Below, piece by piece: positions 1 to 10,187 of a stretch of DNA of 64,000 nt; position 1 is the first letter of the stretch; the number at the start of each line of letters is the position of its first letter. Location: NCBI GenBank assembly GCA_964584935.1, contig CAZPBN010000001.1, positions 174,046-238,045 of the forward strand. The letters are read 5' to 3'. The notes beneath the pieces are model-generated. The model was given only the letters and a program-made list of their open reading frames with translations. It did no database searches and was not told where the DNA came from. A program made the translations under genes and the position numbers. This DNA is from an uncultured Eubacteriales bacterium (GTDB lineage: Bacteria; Acidobacteriota; Aminicenantia; Aminicenantales; Aminicenantaceae).

Positions 1-402
1 TCTTTTCTTAACTTTTTTTATTTTTTCTTCCCTATACATAGCTTTGCCTCATAAATTTCAATGACCATCCAGATTTACCATCTTTAATTTTATCTGGTTA
101 TTTTTCTTTCTTACTTTTGACCGCCATTGACTTCTTTGTTCTAAGCAAGTCACATAAAAGATTCATTTTATCGGGTTGTTTGATTTCGATAATATCCCTT
201 TTATTGGTGACACTATAATTGAAATGGTACCATTTATCAAATCAATAAACAATATTATTTTGATTGAAAAATGAAGAATGAAAGGAAACTGGCTTAATCT
301 ATTTTTTCGCCATCTTCCCCTTTTTTACTTTTTAATTCCAAGGTTCCAGGTTTTAATACTTTCTTCCTTTAACTTTATTCACTTGAGGATTGAACCGCTT
401 AT

Positions 403-1449
403 TTAGTTTCGATCTCTTTTTTGACGATCTCTGAGCATATAGGATAGGGCAAAAATGACGATTCCCACCACACAAACAATTAGAGCCACTTGAATCACAG
501 GAGAAAAAAGATGGTCAACAATTCGAACTGGAATCCAGCTCATTTTTTCAAGTATCAAATCGGACAATTCAGATCCCCATGATGCTGAATAAGAATAAGG
601 CACAAAGCTTAATACCCACATGGTGAATCTCTTAGCAAAAAAGGAAATAATAAGGGCCGGCAAACCTCCAATGAAAACAGACAATCCACTCCATCTGCAG
701 AAACTGGCTGGAGAGGTCGCCGCTATCAGCGCCCCTATCAATATAATAATGGCTGGAATGATAAACGTAAAAAATGAAAAAACCGTTATGGTCCTCGAAA
801 TTCCAAACGGTAAAAAATTGGCATCTTCGAATATCTCTATTTCATCCTCTATATCATCAATAGCATCCACTCTCCAGGTTGTCAGAACTTCTTTTGCTGT
901 TTTAACATCAGGATTGCAGGCTGGCAATTCTTTTCCATTAAGCCCGTATTCAGCGATATTTAACCAAGCTCTGTTATCTTCATTATCACAGGAAGGAAGT
1001 TTTTCCAGGATTTTTAAAAGATAAATATCGATTTTTTCCTGATAAAAAATCTCCTTTAGAGGACGGAGATCAATGACCACTGTTCTGAGTCTTCTCTCTC
1101 CTCTTAATACTTCCCCTATATCCTCCAGTGATTCGGACAACTCGTATTCCATCCAATCAAGAAGTCCAATATCATCCATAAATTTATGCGGGGTTATGTC
1201 CGCTTCTTCAGCTGCCTCAAACCATGCTCTTGTATTTTCATCCGAAATAACCCTTTCATCCTGCGCTTCCTCAAAAATTTCTTCTGCCATATCAGGTACT
1301 TCATTGACAATCTCTTGGGGTAATTCAGATATAAATTCAGGAGATACAGAGGCTTTGGTCAATCCGGTAAACCATATTGTTCCAAAAAGAATAGGCAGCC
1401 CTAAAATGACAATAATAACCAATCCAATGATTTTTCTCACTGCTGTCAT
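403..1449 (-). CDS. hypothetical membrane protein with an N-terminal TM helix, a highly acidic (D/E-rich) central soluble region and a C-terminal polytopic segment
   Basis: 348-aa ORF, hydrophobic N-terminus (IIGLVIIVILGLPILFGTIWF), acidic middle, about 4 C-terminal hydrophobic helices; no recognisable family. Confidence 0.45.
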   Translation of the reverse strand: MTAVRKIIGLVIIVILGLPILFGTIWFTGLTKASVSPEFISELPQEIVNEVPDMAEEIFEEAQDERVISDENTRAWFEAAEEADITPHKFMDDIGLLDWMEYELSESLEDIGEVLRGERRLRTVVIDLRPLKEIFYQEKIDIYLLKILEKLPSCDNEDNRAWLNIAEYGLNGKELPACNPDVKTAKEVLTTWRVDAIDDIEDEIEIFEDANFLPFGISRTITVFSFFTFIIPAIIILIGALIAATSPASFCRWSGLSVFIGGLPALIISFFAKRFTMWVLSFVPYSYSASWGSELSDLILEKMSWIPVRIVDHLFSPVIQVALIVCVVGIVIFALSYMLRDRQKRDRN

Positions 1450-1573
1450 GTGATTCCTCCTTTATTAAACAATTGTATCATAATTATAAATTACAAGCTT
1501 CTTTTCATCTTAGTCTTTTTCTTTTTAAGAAAACAGAATATTCAAATGCAAAAACATTTTTTATTGACTTAAT

Positions 1574-3508
1574 TTATATAATAAGTCTTACAATGAAGCT
1601 CACAATTATGGCAACAGTTACATTCAATCCCATGGATACCAGAGCAACTTTTCGACCGATCTCCTTCCAGATAATGGCGACCGTGGATAAACAGGGAATA
1701 AAAAAGCTCACAAACACAGTGAAAACAATAATCTGTTCCTTGGAAACAACCGTCATCAACTCAGGATAACTCACTTCCAAAGACTGAAGCATCATGATTA
1801 AAGACAGCTCCTTTCTTAAAAATCCAAATATAAGTGTCACTCCCAAATTTTCAGGCAAGCCAAGAACCGTTGTCACCAGAGGAGAAAGTATATTGTTTAT
1901 CACCTCATCCAGGTTTAAAAGCTGCATGATTCCCAAAATAACACTCCCCACGATCAGCAAAGGCCAGGCAAAATATATAAAAGATTTCAATTGCAAAAAT
2001 GTCTTTTTCCATATATTGTTCAAGGAAGGAAGTTTCAAAGAAGGGATTTCTAAAATCAGACCAGGGGAAGGTGTTTTATAGAAATAGGTTATAATCCGGC
2101 CGATGATTCCAACCAATATTATGTTGAATAAGTAAAATCCCAATGCCCATAGAGGACCCAAGTAAAAAGCAATCAAGGCAAGAATAATGGTTGTTCTAGC
2201 TGAACAGGGTATAAAAGGGATCAACAGAGAAGTGATGACTCTGTCCCTTCTTGATTCCAATATCCGGGTGGAAACTATGGCAGGAACATTGCATCCAAAG
2301 CCCAGGATAAAAGGAGACACAGATTTTCCATGAAGGCCTATCTTGTGCATAAAAGTATCCATTAAAAAACCAGCCCGGGCAAGATATCCAATATCTTCCA
2401 AAAAGGACATGATGAATATAAGAGGGATGAAAAAAGGCAAAACAATAGCCACTCCTCCTCCTATTCCCTGCAACAGACTGTCAACCACAAAGTAAACCAA
2501 TCCGTCTCCCAAATGGACTGATAAATACTCTCTTATACTCTCCAGCGGACCTAATAACAATTCCTCAGTTGGACTTCCAATTTTAAATATAAAAAAGAAA
2601 AATCCCACTAAAACAGCCATCAAAATCAGATACCCATAAAAGGGATGCATAATCACATCATCAACGATTTCTTCCCAATTCTTTATCTTCCCTCTTTTGA
2701 TTTTACTGGATTCCTCAAATATTTTCATGGCAAGGTGATGTCTTTCGGCTGCAATAACTTCATAAGCCGGAGCATTATGAGTTCTTTCAAGGTCATCCCT
2801 CACTTTATCAAGAATGCTTTTCAAGGAAGGATTGATTTTCTCTAAGACTTCATTAAACAGCAGCTTATCTGCTTCAATCATTTTCACAGCCGTAAATCTT
2901 GAATTCGAGACCACAGGAAAATCTTCAGGCAATTTTTTTATAAATTCATCTATCTTTTCCTCAACGTCTTTAGACCACTTTAAACTTCTCACACAGGATT
3001 TTGTTTCCAAACACTCAAAGACAGATTTAATCAGATCCTTCACTCCTCTTCCATGTTTGGCAACAGTGGATACAACAGAAACACCAAGCATTTTCTCCAA
3101 TTTTTTAGGATCCGTTTTTATCCCTTTCTTTTCCGCCAGGTCCACCATATTTAAAGCAACCACCATGGGATATCCGAGCTCGATCAATTCCAGAGTTAAT
3201 GCCAGATGTCTGCCCAAAGAAGATGCATCCAAAACGTTTATAACGATATCGGGTTTTTCAGAAAACAAATGGGTCAACGCCACTTTTTCAGCCGGATCAG
3301 AAGGATTGAGTGAATAAGTACCGGGCAAATCAATGATATTAAATATTTTGTTCTTGAAATTGACTTTACTGTGAGTGTGTTTGACAGTGGTCCCGGGAAA
3401 ATTAGACGTCTCTGCCTTAAATCCAGCTATGGAATTGAAAAGAGTACTTTTTCCCGAGTTTGGCTGGCCAATAAAAACTATAACAGGATGTTTATTATTT
3501 TGAGCCAA
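1574..3508 (-). CDS. feoB: ferrous iron transporter FeoB (N-terminal GTPase domain plus polytopic membrane domain)
   Basis: G1 motif GQPNSGKST, G3 DLPG, long C-terminal membrane domain, 644 aa; overlaps the upstream feoA by 14 bp. Confidence 0.9.
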   Translation of the reverse strand: MAQNNKHPVIVFIGQPNSGKSTLFNSIAGFKAETSNFPGTTVKHTHSKVNFKNKIFNIIDLPGTYSLNPSDPAEKVALTHLFSEKPDIVINVLDASSLGRHLALTLELIELGYPMVVALNMVDLAEKKGIKTDPKKLEKMLGVSVVSTVAKHGRGVKDLIKSVFECLETKSCVRSLKWSKDVEEKIDEFIKKLPEDFPVVSNSRFTAVKMIEADKLLFNEVLEKINPSLKSILDKVRDDLERTHNAPAYEVIAAERHHLAMKIFEESSKIKRGKIKNWEEIVDDVIMHPFYGYLILMAVLVGFFFFIFKIGSPTEELLLGPLESIREYLSVHLGDGLVYFVVDSLLQGIGGGVAIVLPFFIPLIFIMSFLEDIGYLARAGFLMDTFMHKIGLHGKSVSPFILGFGCNVPAIVSTRILESRRDRVITSLLIPFIPCSARTTIILALIAFYLGPLWALGFYLFNIILVGIIGRIITYFYKTPSPGLILEIPSLKLPSLNNIWKKTFLQLKSFIYFAWPLLIVGSVILGIMQLLNLDEVINNILSPLVTTVLGLPENLGVTLIFGFLRKELSLIMMLQSLEVSYPELMTVVSKEQIIVFTVFVSFFIPCLSTVAIIWKEIGRKVALVSMGLNVTVAIIVSFIVRLII

Positions 3509-3737
3509 CTTTTTCTACCAATATTTTTTGAGCAATTCCCCGCCCCACAGCAACAGATGTATCTGTGGTTATATTCTTTATCACAACCGGACCGCGTAAA
3601 ATACTCCGCGAATCCAGTTCAACGATATCCTCTTTGTGAAAACCAAGAGTGAACAACCGCCTTCGAACTCCATGACCACCCTGAATATCCTTAATTTTCA
3701 ATCGTATCCCAGAGGGAGCACTTATCAAATTCATCAT
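3495..3737 (-). CDS. feoA: FeoA family iron transport protein
   Basis: 80-aa SH3-like FeoA domain immediately upstream of feoB and overlapping it. Confidence 0.8.
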   Translation of the reverse strand: MMNLISAPSGIRLKIKDIQGGHGVRRRLFTLGFHKEDIVELDSRSILRGPVVIKNITTDTSVAVGRGIAQKILVEKVGSK

Positions 3738-3966
3738 TTTTTTATCTCAACTCATACTATTTGTCATATAGAAAAAAATTAATAAAAGGTGATAATAAAA
3801 GAACCTTATAAAAAAATCAAGAATCTTTATTTTTGTCCCTTTATTAAAAATGTGTTTCAAATTTTTTTCATTATTCGATTTGACTTCCCTATTGGAATTC
3901 GCTATTTTTATTCTGTCTTCATAGGAATTGTTCTGTATTACTCATGTTTTAATCAGACAAAGAATA

Positions 3967-4623
3967 ATGGACGATAAAGATATAACTTTCCAACACATTG
4001 CCATTGAAGGGATTCTCAAATCAAGAAAAACCAAACTATCAAAGTTATTAGCGGAAAAAATTGGAGGAAGACCCATTTTTGATAGTAAGGAAAATCCTTA
4101 TCTTAGGGACTTCTACAACGAAAAAGAAGGCGCTTCACTTATGACTCAGCTTGTATTTTTAGTCAATAGATACCATCAGCAGTCCAGACTTATGCAGAGA
4201 AATCTGTTTGAAGAAAGGATTGTCTGTGATTATCTATTTGAAAAAGATAAAATATATGCCTATCAGACACTTTCCGATGACGAACTGATCGTCTATGAAA
4301 AAATATATAATATATTTGAAGATCGAATTGTGAAACCAGATTTAGTCATCTACCTCCAGATATCGTTACCCACTCTTCTCATGAGAATTAAAAAGGAAGG
4401 CACTCCTCTTGAAAAGAACATATCAGAAAAATACTTGGAAGATATTCTGGAAGCCTTTGATTATTTTTTCTTCAATTACCAGGCAACCCCGTTGCTGGTG
4501 GTGAAATCTGATGAATTGGATTTCAGCAGAGAAGAGGATTTACTTGACTTAGTGGATAAAATCAGGAAAATGAAAAAGAGCCCTTTATATTATGTTCCTC
4601 TCGGCAAGGAAAAAAAGGGCTAG
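3967..4623 (+). CDS. deoxynucleoside kinase family protein (dAK/dGK/dCK-like) with a divergent P-loop
   Basis: IAIEG...KT, ERIVCDYLFEKDKIYA (ERS-like motif) and a LID-like DLVIYLQISLPTLLMRIKKEG region; the longer ORF begins at 3928 but the family usually begins just before IAIEG. Confidence 0.55.
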   Translation: MDDKDITFQHIAIEGILKSRKTKLSKLLAEKIGGRPIFDSKENPYLRDFYNEKEGASLMTQLVFLVNRYHQQSRLMQRNLFEERIVCDYLFEKDKIYAYQTLSDDELIVYEKIYNIFEDRIVKPDLVIYLQISLPTLLMRIKKEGTPLEKNISEKYLEDILEAFDYFFFNYQATPLLVVKSDELDFSREEDLLDLVDKIRKMKKSPLYYVPLGKEKKG

Positions 4624-4677
4624 TTACTTTACCTCAATCCTGATATTTCATGGCAGGATGGGGAGAAAGGATAAAAA

Positions 4678-5538
4678 ATGCCCAAAAACAATTCCCAAAA
4701 AATAACAATTCCCTCACTTTATGAAAAAAAAGATAATAATGAAAAGATCATCGCTCTCACTGCATATGATTATCCCGTAGGGAAAATAATTGATGAAACC
4801 GGTATAGATATCATTCTCGTTGGAGATTCCTTGGGAATGGTTGTTCTCGGTTACGAGGATACGATCGCTGTAACCATGGATGAAATGATCCACCACACTA
4901 AACCGGTTGCCCGCTCGGCTCAGAGAGCTTTCGTTATTGGAGACATGCCTTACTTTTCTTTTCACCTATCCATTGAACAATCCGTATTCAATGCTTCCCG
5001 ATTTATCAAAGAAGGAGGAGCTAAGGCAGTCAAAATAGAAGGAGCCTCCTCAAAAAGACTTGAGCTTATCAGAGCCCTGGTAGAAGCAGAAATTCCGGTT
5101 ATGGGTCATGTTGGATTAACCCCTCAGTCTATAAACCATCTTGGTCAGTTCAAAGTAAGAGGTAAGGAAGTCGAAGAGGCAAAAAAAATAATAACAGACG
5201 CACTAAACCTGGAAAAAGCAGGAGTTTTTTCTGTAGTTCTGGAGTGCATCCCAAAGGAACTAGCAAAAATTATCACAAAAAAACTAAAAGTCCCTACCAT
5301 CGGAATAGGAGCTGGACCTTTCTGTGATGGCCAAATTCTTGTTTTTCATGATTTGGTTGGATTCTCAAATGGATATTTGCCAAAGTTTGTTAAAAAATAT
5401 GCCGATTTCCATAAAGAAATCCATGAATCAGTAACAAATTATATCAATGATGTTCGATCAGGATCCTTCCCTTCTGAGATCCATTCCTATCACTTGAATC
5501 CGGATAAACTAAAAAAAATTGAAAAAGAAATCAATTGA
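4678..5538 (+). CDS. panB: 3-methyl-2-oxobutanoate hydroxymethyltransferase
   Basis: LTAYDYP...VGDSLGMVVLGYEDT...VIGDMPYFSFH signature; first gene of a panBCD cluster. Confidence 0.9.
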   Translation: MPKNNSQKITIPSLYEKKDNNEKIIALTAYDYPVGKIIDETGIDIILVGDSLGMVVLGYEDTIAVTMDEMIHHTKPVARSAQRAFVIGDMPYFSFHLSIEQSVFNASRFIKEGGAKAVKIEGASSKRLELIRALVEAEIPVMGHVGLTPQSINHLGQFKVRGKEVEEAKKIITDALNLEKAGVFSVVLECIPKELAKIITKKLKVPTIGIGAGPFCDGQILVFHDLVGFSNGYLPKFVKKYADFHKEIHESVTNYINDVRSGSFPSEIHSYHLNPDKLKKIEKEIN

Positions 5539-5600
5539 CCGGAATCATTTTGGTAATCCCTAAGAATGGATAAAAAGATAAAGAAAACAAGGAAAAACCG

Positions 5601-6452
5601 ATGAAAACAATTAAAACCATCGAGTTAATGCAGAATGAAATAAAAAAGATAAAATCTCAACAAAAGACAGTCGGTTTTGTGCCCACAATGGGAAGTCTTC
5701 ATGAAGGACACCTTAGTCTCATCAGAAAATGTTTAAAAATCGCAGATGTGACTGTAGTGAGCATCTTTGTCAACCCAACTCAATTCGGACCCGAGGAAGA
5801 TTTTAAACAGTATCCCAGAAATATTGAAAAAGATTCGGAAATCCTTTCCCAGGAAGGAATTGATTACTTATTCTATCCCGATAGTAAAGAAATGTATCCG
5901 GAGGATTATAAAACCTATGTCAAAGTTCATGACCTTCAGGATAAATTATGTGGACAATCAAGAAAGGGACACTTTAAAGGGATCTGCACCATTGTATTAA
6001 AGCTTTTTCATATAATAAATCCAGATATTTCCTTTTTTGGCCAGAAAGATGCCCAACAGGCTGTCATCATCAAACAAATGGTGAAAGATCTCAACTTAAA
6101 TATCAAAATCCATGTTCTTCCTATAATCAGGGAAAAAGATGGGCTGGCACTGAGCTCCAGAAATAAATATTTAAACAAAGAGGAAAGACAGGCAGCTCTT
6201 GTCTTGTCCAAGAGTCTGAAGAAAGCCAGAAATTTAATTGATAACGGGGAGAAAAAATCTTCATTGATCATTAATAAAATGGGAAAAATCATAGAACAAG
6301 AACCTCTAGCCCGTATTGATTACATTGATATTGTGAACTTGGAAACATTGAATTCTGTCGACAGAATCAATAATCAAATCCTTATTGCCCTTGCTGTTTT
6401 TTTAGGGAAAGTAAGGCTTATAGATAATACCATCATCCATATAAAGGAGTGA
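5601..6452 (+). CDS. panC: pantoate--beta-alanine ligase
   Basis: VGFVPTMGSLHEGHLSLI HIGH-type motif, 283 aa. Confidence 0.9.
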   Translation: MKTIKTIELMQNEIKKIKSQQKTVGFVPTMGSLHEGHLSLIRKCLKIADVTVVSIFVNPTQFGPEEDFKQYPRNIEKDSEILSQEGIDYLFYPDSKEMYPEDYKTYVKVHDLQDKLCGQSRKGHFKGICTIVLKLFHIINPDISFFGQKDAQQAVIIKQMVKDLNLNIKIHVLPIIREKDGLALSSRNKYLNKEERQAALVLSKSLKKARNLIDNGEKKSSLIINKMGKIIEQEPLARIDYIDIVNLETLNSVDRINNQILIALAVFLGKVRLIDNTIIHIKE

Positions 6453-6458
6453 AATCCG

Positions 6459-6815
6459 ATGAAAAGAATAATCCTAAAGTCTAAAATTCATAAGGCTACA
6501 GTTACAGAAACAAACATTAATTATGAAGGCAGTTTGACCTTAGATCAAGATTTAATGAAAGCTTCCGACATAATTCCGTATGAACAAATCCAGGTCTATA
6601 ATATTTCCAATGGAGAAAGATTCGTTACTTACTTGATAAAGGGAAAAGCCGGTTCTGGAATTGTAGGAATCAATGGTGCCGCTGCCCATAAAGCTAAAAA
6701 GGGAGATCAATTAATCATTGCGACCTACGCAGAGATGGATGAGAAAGATATTGATTTCATAGTTCCCACAATCATCATACTGGATGAAAAAAACAATATA
6801 AAAGAACCTTATTAA
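6459..6815 (+). CDS. panD: aspartate 1-decarboxylase
   Basis: MKRIILKSKIHKATVTE...YEGSLTLD pyruvoyl-enzyme signature, 118 aa. Confidence 0.9.
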   Translation: MKRIILKSKIHKATVTETNINYEGSLTLDQDLMKASDIIPYEQIQVYNISNGERFVTYLIKGKAGSGIVGINGAAAHKAKKGDQLIIATYAEMDEKDIDFIVPTIIILDEKNNIKEPY

Positions 6816-6924
6816 AACTAAAGAAAAAGGCTATTCCGTTGAGTTAAAAGTCTATCTTTTAACAGAAAAAAATCCCTATTTTCTTTTTTTCTTCAGTCAT
6901 TTTGTATTCATCCCCATGTCTTTC

Positions 6925-8613
6925 TTATTCCTGATCCCGGTTTACATAATAGAAAAATTTCAACTCCTCGATTTCCCTTTCATCCTGAAAAAATGCCAAA
7001 TCTTTTTCTTTTTTTAAATCATTGACTATTGATTGGGCTTGTTGCAAATAGAATTTTCTATGATTTTCAATTTTGGAAAGATCGATCTTTTTATAATTGA
7101 AATCATTATCAATGGAAAAAACAGGAATTTCTTCTTGAAATCCTATACATTTCCATTGGGCAGTACGCATATTGAATGCGTATGTTTTGAGAAAAAAAGA
7201 TCCGTATTCGGCTATAAATTGAATAGCTTTGACTAAATAATCGATATCATTATTGTTAAATGAATAATGGATATTCACTCGGATCCAGCCGGGTTTTAAT
7301 CCCCTATATCCTTTTTTGATAAAATTCATTAATTTCTTTGAAGTGACTCTATCGATACCCAGTAATATATGTCCATAAGGACCAGCACAACTGCAGCCAG
7401 CTCTGGACTGAATCCCAAAAAGGTCATTGAGCAATTTTGTTACTAATCTGGGATGCAAAATTCTGTCTTTATGCCTAATATTGAAAGAAATAATGGGTAT
7501 TCTATTCTCTGCTGTTGAATTTCCTATTAATTCGAGATTTTTGATTTGATTTAATTGATGGATAAAGTATTGGGAATAATTCATCTCAATTTCTTCTATA
7601 TGTTTTATCCCAATTTTCTCCTTAAGTTCTAACACCAAAGCTGCTTTTATGGTTTGGAGTATGGGTGAAGTTCCCGCTTTTTCTCTCTTTTCGATTTCAT
7701 TCAAATAGGCATGAACATCGGATCCCACATAGGTAACCGTCCCCCCTCCTGAAGTAGTAGGAGGCAAGTCTTTTCTATAAATTTTTTCATTAAAAACCAG
7801 AATCCCACTGCTGCCTGGTCCCCCCAGAAATTTATGAGGAGAAAAAAAGATGGCATCAAAATAGGATTCCTTATCCTTATTCATATCAATTTCCACATAG
7901 GGCGCAACCGCAGCAAAATCGAAAAGCACCAAAACTCCATATTTATGACATATTCGAGCAATGTCATAGACTCTTGTTTTTATACCTGTAATATTCGAAC
8001 CAGCAGAAAAAGAGGCTATTTTCATTCTTTTTGAAAATTTTTCATCTTTAATCTTTTGCTCTAAGTCTACTAAGCTGATTTCTCCCTTTTCGTCCAAATC
8101 TATTTTAACCAATTCAACAAATGCTTCCCGCCACATAATCTCATTGGTATGATGTTCATATGGTCCAATAAACACAACAGGGCGGGATTTTTCAATGGTT
8201 TCTATAATAGGACGGGAGGAATTTCCAGATTTGCTGATCCATTGATAAATATTTTCTTTCGTAACAGGGGGAATATAAACGCCCAGTATTTCCTGAAGTC
8301 TTTTCAATGCTCCTGTTGTTCCTGAGCCAGTTGAAATGATCTTGCAATTTTTCCCTGCATTGATCAGACTTTTTATCTTATTTTCCGCCTGATGGAGAAT
8401 GTTTGTCATATACTTCCCCGAATAGTTATCTTCCGTGTGAGTATTGGCATATGATTCTTCGATATTGAGAATGATATTCTCTATATATCTCAATCCTCTA
8501 CCCGAGGCAGTGTAATCCGCATACATAAGATGCCTCTCGCCAAATGGACCTTTAAAAAGAAGGTCATTCCCTATGATCTGTTTCCGTATTTCATCAATCC
8601 CATAATCTCTCAT
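6925..8613 (-). CDS. aminotransferase class V-fold PLP-dependent enzyme (cysteine desulfurase/selenocysteine lyase-like)
   Basis: SPHKFLGGPGSSG motif with the Lys of the S-x-H-K PLP site, 562 aa. Confidence 0.6.
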   Translation of the reverse strand: MRDYGIDEIRKQIIGNDLLFKGPFGERHLMYADYTASGRGLRYIENIILNIEESYANTHTEDNYSGKYMTNILHQAENKIKSLINAGKNCKIISTGSGTTGALKRLQEILGVYIPPVTKENIYQWISKSGNSSRPIIETIEKSRPVVFIGPYEHHTNEIMWREAFVELVKIDLDEKGEISLVDLEQKIKDEKFSKRMKIASFSAGSNITGIKTRVYDIARICHKYGVLVLFDFAAVAPYVEIDMNKDKESYFDAIFFSPHKFLGGPGSSGILVFNEKIYRKDLPPTTSGGGTVTYVGSDVHAYLNEIEKREKAGTSPILQTIKAALVLELKEKIGIKHIEEIEMNYSQYFIHQLNQIKNLELIGNSTAENRIPIISFNIRHKDRILHPRLVTKLLNDLFGIQSRAGCSCAGPYGHILLGIDRVTSKKLMNFIKKGYRGLKPGWIRVNIHYSFNNNDIDYLVKAIQFIAEYGSFFLKTYAFNMRTAQWKCIGFQEEIPVFSIDNDFNYKKIDLSKIENHRKFYLQQAQSIVNDLKKEKDLAFFQDEREIEELKFFYYVNRDQE

Positions 8614-8713
8614 TACATTCCTCCGGAATCATTTGGGACATTTCATTCGATGACCAAAAAAAAAGTTAAATGATCTTTTCTAATTGTAATGAATTTTGAA
8701 TGAGAAAAATCTT

Positions 8714-10177
8714 TTATTCCAAGTGATAATTTGGTGCTTCTTTAGTTATGATGACATCATGCACATGACTTTCTCTATAACCAGCTGCAGATGTTCTTAT
8801 AAATTCTGCTTTGCTGTGTAGTTCCTGGATATTCTCACACCCAGCATAACCCATTCCTGCTTTAAGGCCACCCACCATCATCTGAATGATACGAGAAGCA
8901 GTTCCTTTGTAGGGGACTCTTCCTTCAATCCCCTCAGGAACGAGTTTTTTATCACTGAGCCTCGAATCTTGAAAGTACCGGTCTTTCCCCCCTTCTTTCA
9001 TAGCTTCTATAGAGCCCATTCCTCTGTAAGTTTTATAGGAACGTCCTTGATATATCACCACATCTCCCGGTGACTCACTCGTGCCTGCAAGAATATTCCC
9101 TACCATAACCGAATCAGCTCCGGCAACCATCGCTTTGGTGATATCACCGGAATACTTTATTCCACCATCTGCAATTAAAGGAATATTTTCATTCTGAGAG
9201 ACCTTAAAAACATTTTGTATGGCTGTTATCTGAGGAATCCCTGCTCCTGACACCACCCTGGTGGTGCAGATAGAACCAGGTCCAACCCCGACTTTCACCG
9301 CATCAACTCCAAGCTCAATCAATTCTTTGGCAGCTTCGGTCGTTCCTATATTGCCTGCAATCAACTCCTGCTCAGGCAATTCCTTTTTGATCATTTTAAT
9401 TGTATCAAGCACCTTCTTGGAATGACCATGAGCACTATCGATGACCAACACATCAACCTTTGCTTCCACTAAAGCTCTTGCTCTGTCAATGGTCTCTTCT
9501 CCTATCCCAACCGCAGCTCCTGTTCTTAACCGTCCCAGTTTATCCTTGGAAGCATTAGGATATTGGATCCTTTTGAGTATATCTTTATAAGTAATGAGTC
9601 CTTTCAAAAAATTTTTCTCATCGACCATCAATATTTTTTCAATCTTATGCTTATGAAAAAGCTTCTCTGCTTCTTCAAGAGAGGTTCCCAGAGGAACAGT
9701 TATCAATTCTGTTGTCATCGCTTTCTCTATAGGCAAGTTGAGACGGGTTTCAAACCGGATATCCCGGTTTGTTAGTATGCCCACCAGTTTATTATTTTCA
9801 TCTGTTATCGGTAATCCGGAAATTCCGTACCTTTTCATAACTTCTTTGGCTTCATATATTTTATTTTGAGGTTTCATGGTTACGGGATCCACAATCATAC
9901 CGCTTTCATACCTTTTGACTTTGTCCACTTCCTCTGCTTGTTTTGATATAGGCATATTTTTGTGAATGATTCCCATACCTCCCTGTTGAGCCATAGTGAT
10001 AGCCATTCTTGATTCTGTGACTGTATCCATAGCCGAACTTACTACGGGGATATTGAGATGTATGTTTTTACTCAATTTTGTCGACACATTCGCTTCTACT
10101 GGAACAATATAAGATTTGGCAGGTAAAACCAACACATCATCAAATGTGAGGCCTTCCTTTATTTTATTTCCAGTCAT
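8714..10177 (-). CDS. guaB: IMP dehydrogenase
   Basis: [11 protein letters not shown], tandem CBS region, catalytic GSICTTR; start moved to the internal ATG at 10175-10177 (MTGNK), which is preceded by a GGAGG RBS; the ORF-track N-terminal extension overlaps secA. Confidence 0.9.
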   Translation of the reverse strand: MTGNKIKEGLTFDDVLVLPAKSYIVPVEANVSTKLSKNIHLNIPVVSSAMDTVTESRMAITMAQQGGMGIIHKNMPISKQAEEVDKVKRYESGMIVDPVTMKPQNKIYEAKEVMKRYGISGLPITDENNKLVGILTNRDIRFETRLNLPIEKAMTTELITVPLGTSLEEAEKLFHKHKIEKILMVDEKNFLKGLITYKDILKRIQYPNASKDKLGRLRTGAAVGIGEETIDRARALVEAKVDVLVIDSAHGHSKKVLDTIKMIKKELPEQELIAGNIGTTEAAKELIELGVDAVKVGVGPGSICTTRVVSGAGIPQITAIQNVFKVSQNENIPLIADGGIKYSGDITKAMVAGADSVMVGNILAGTSESPGDVVIYQGRSYKTYRGMGSIEAMKEGGKDRYFQDSRLSDKKLVPEGIEGRVPYKGTASRIIQMMVGGLKAGMGYAGCENIQELHSKAEFIRTSAAGYRESHVHDVIITKEAPNYHLE

Positions 10178-10187
10178 TTCCTCCCCC

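Noticed and set aside
3791-3809. Fur-box-like sequence GATAATAAAAGAACCTTAT in the feoAB upstream region
   Set aside because: Only about 11/19 matches to the GATAATGATAATCATTATC consensus; not distinguishable from AT-rich background.
6816-6924. AT-only hairpins (GTTAAAAG-tctat-CTTTTAAC; GAAAAAAA...TTTTTTTC) between convergent panD and the aminotransferase gene
   Set aside because: The stems are entirely A/T and weak; this may be a terminator but is not supportable beyond background.
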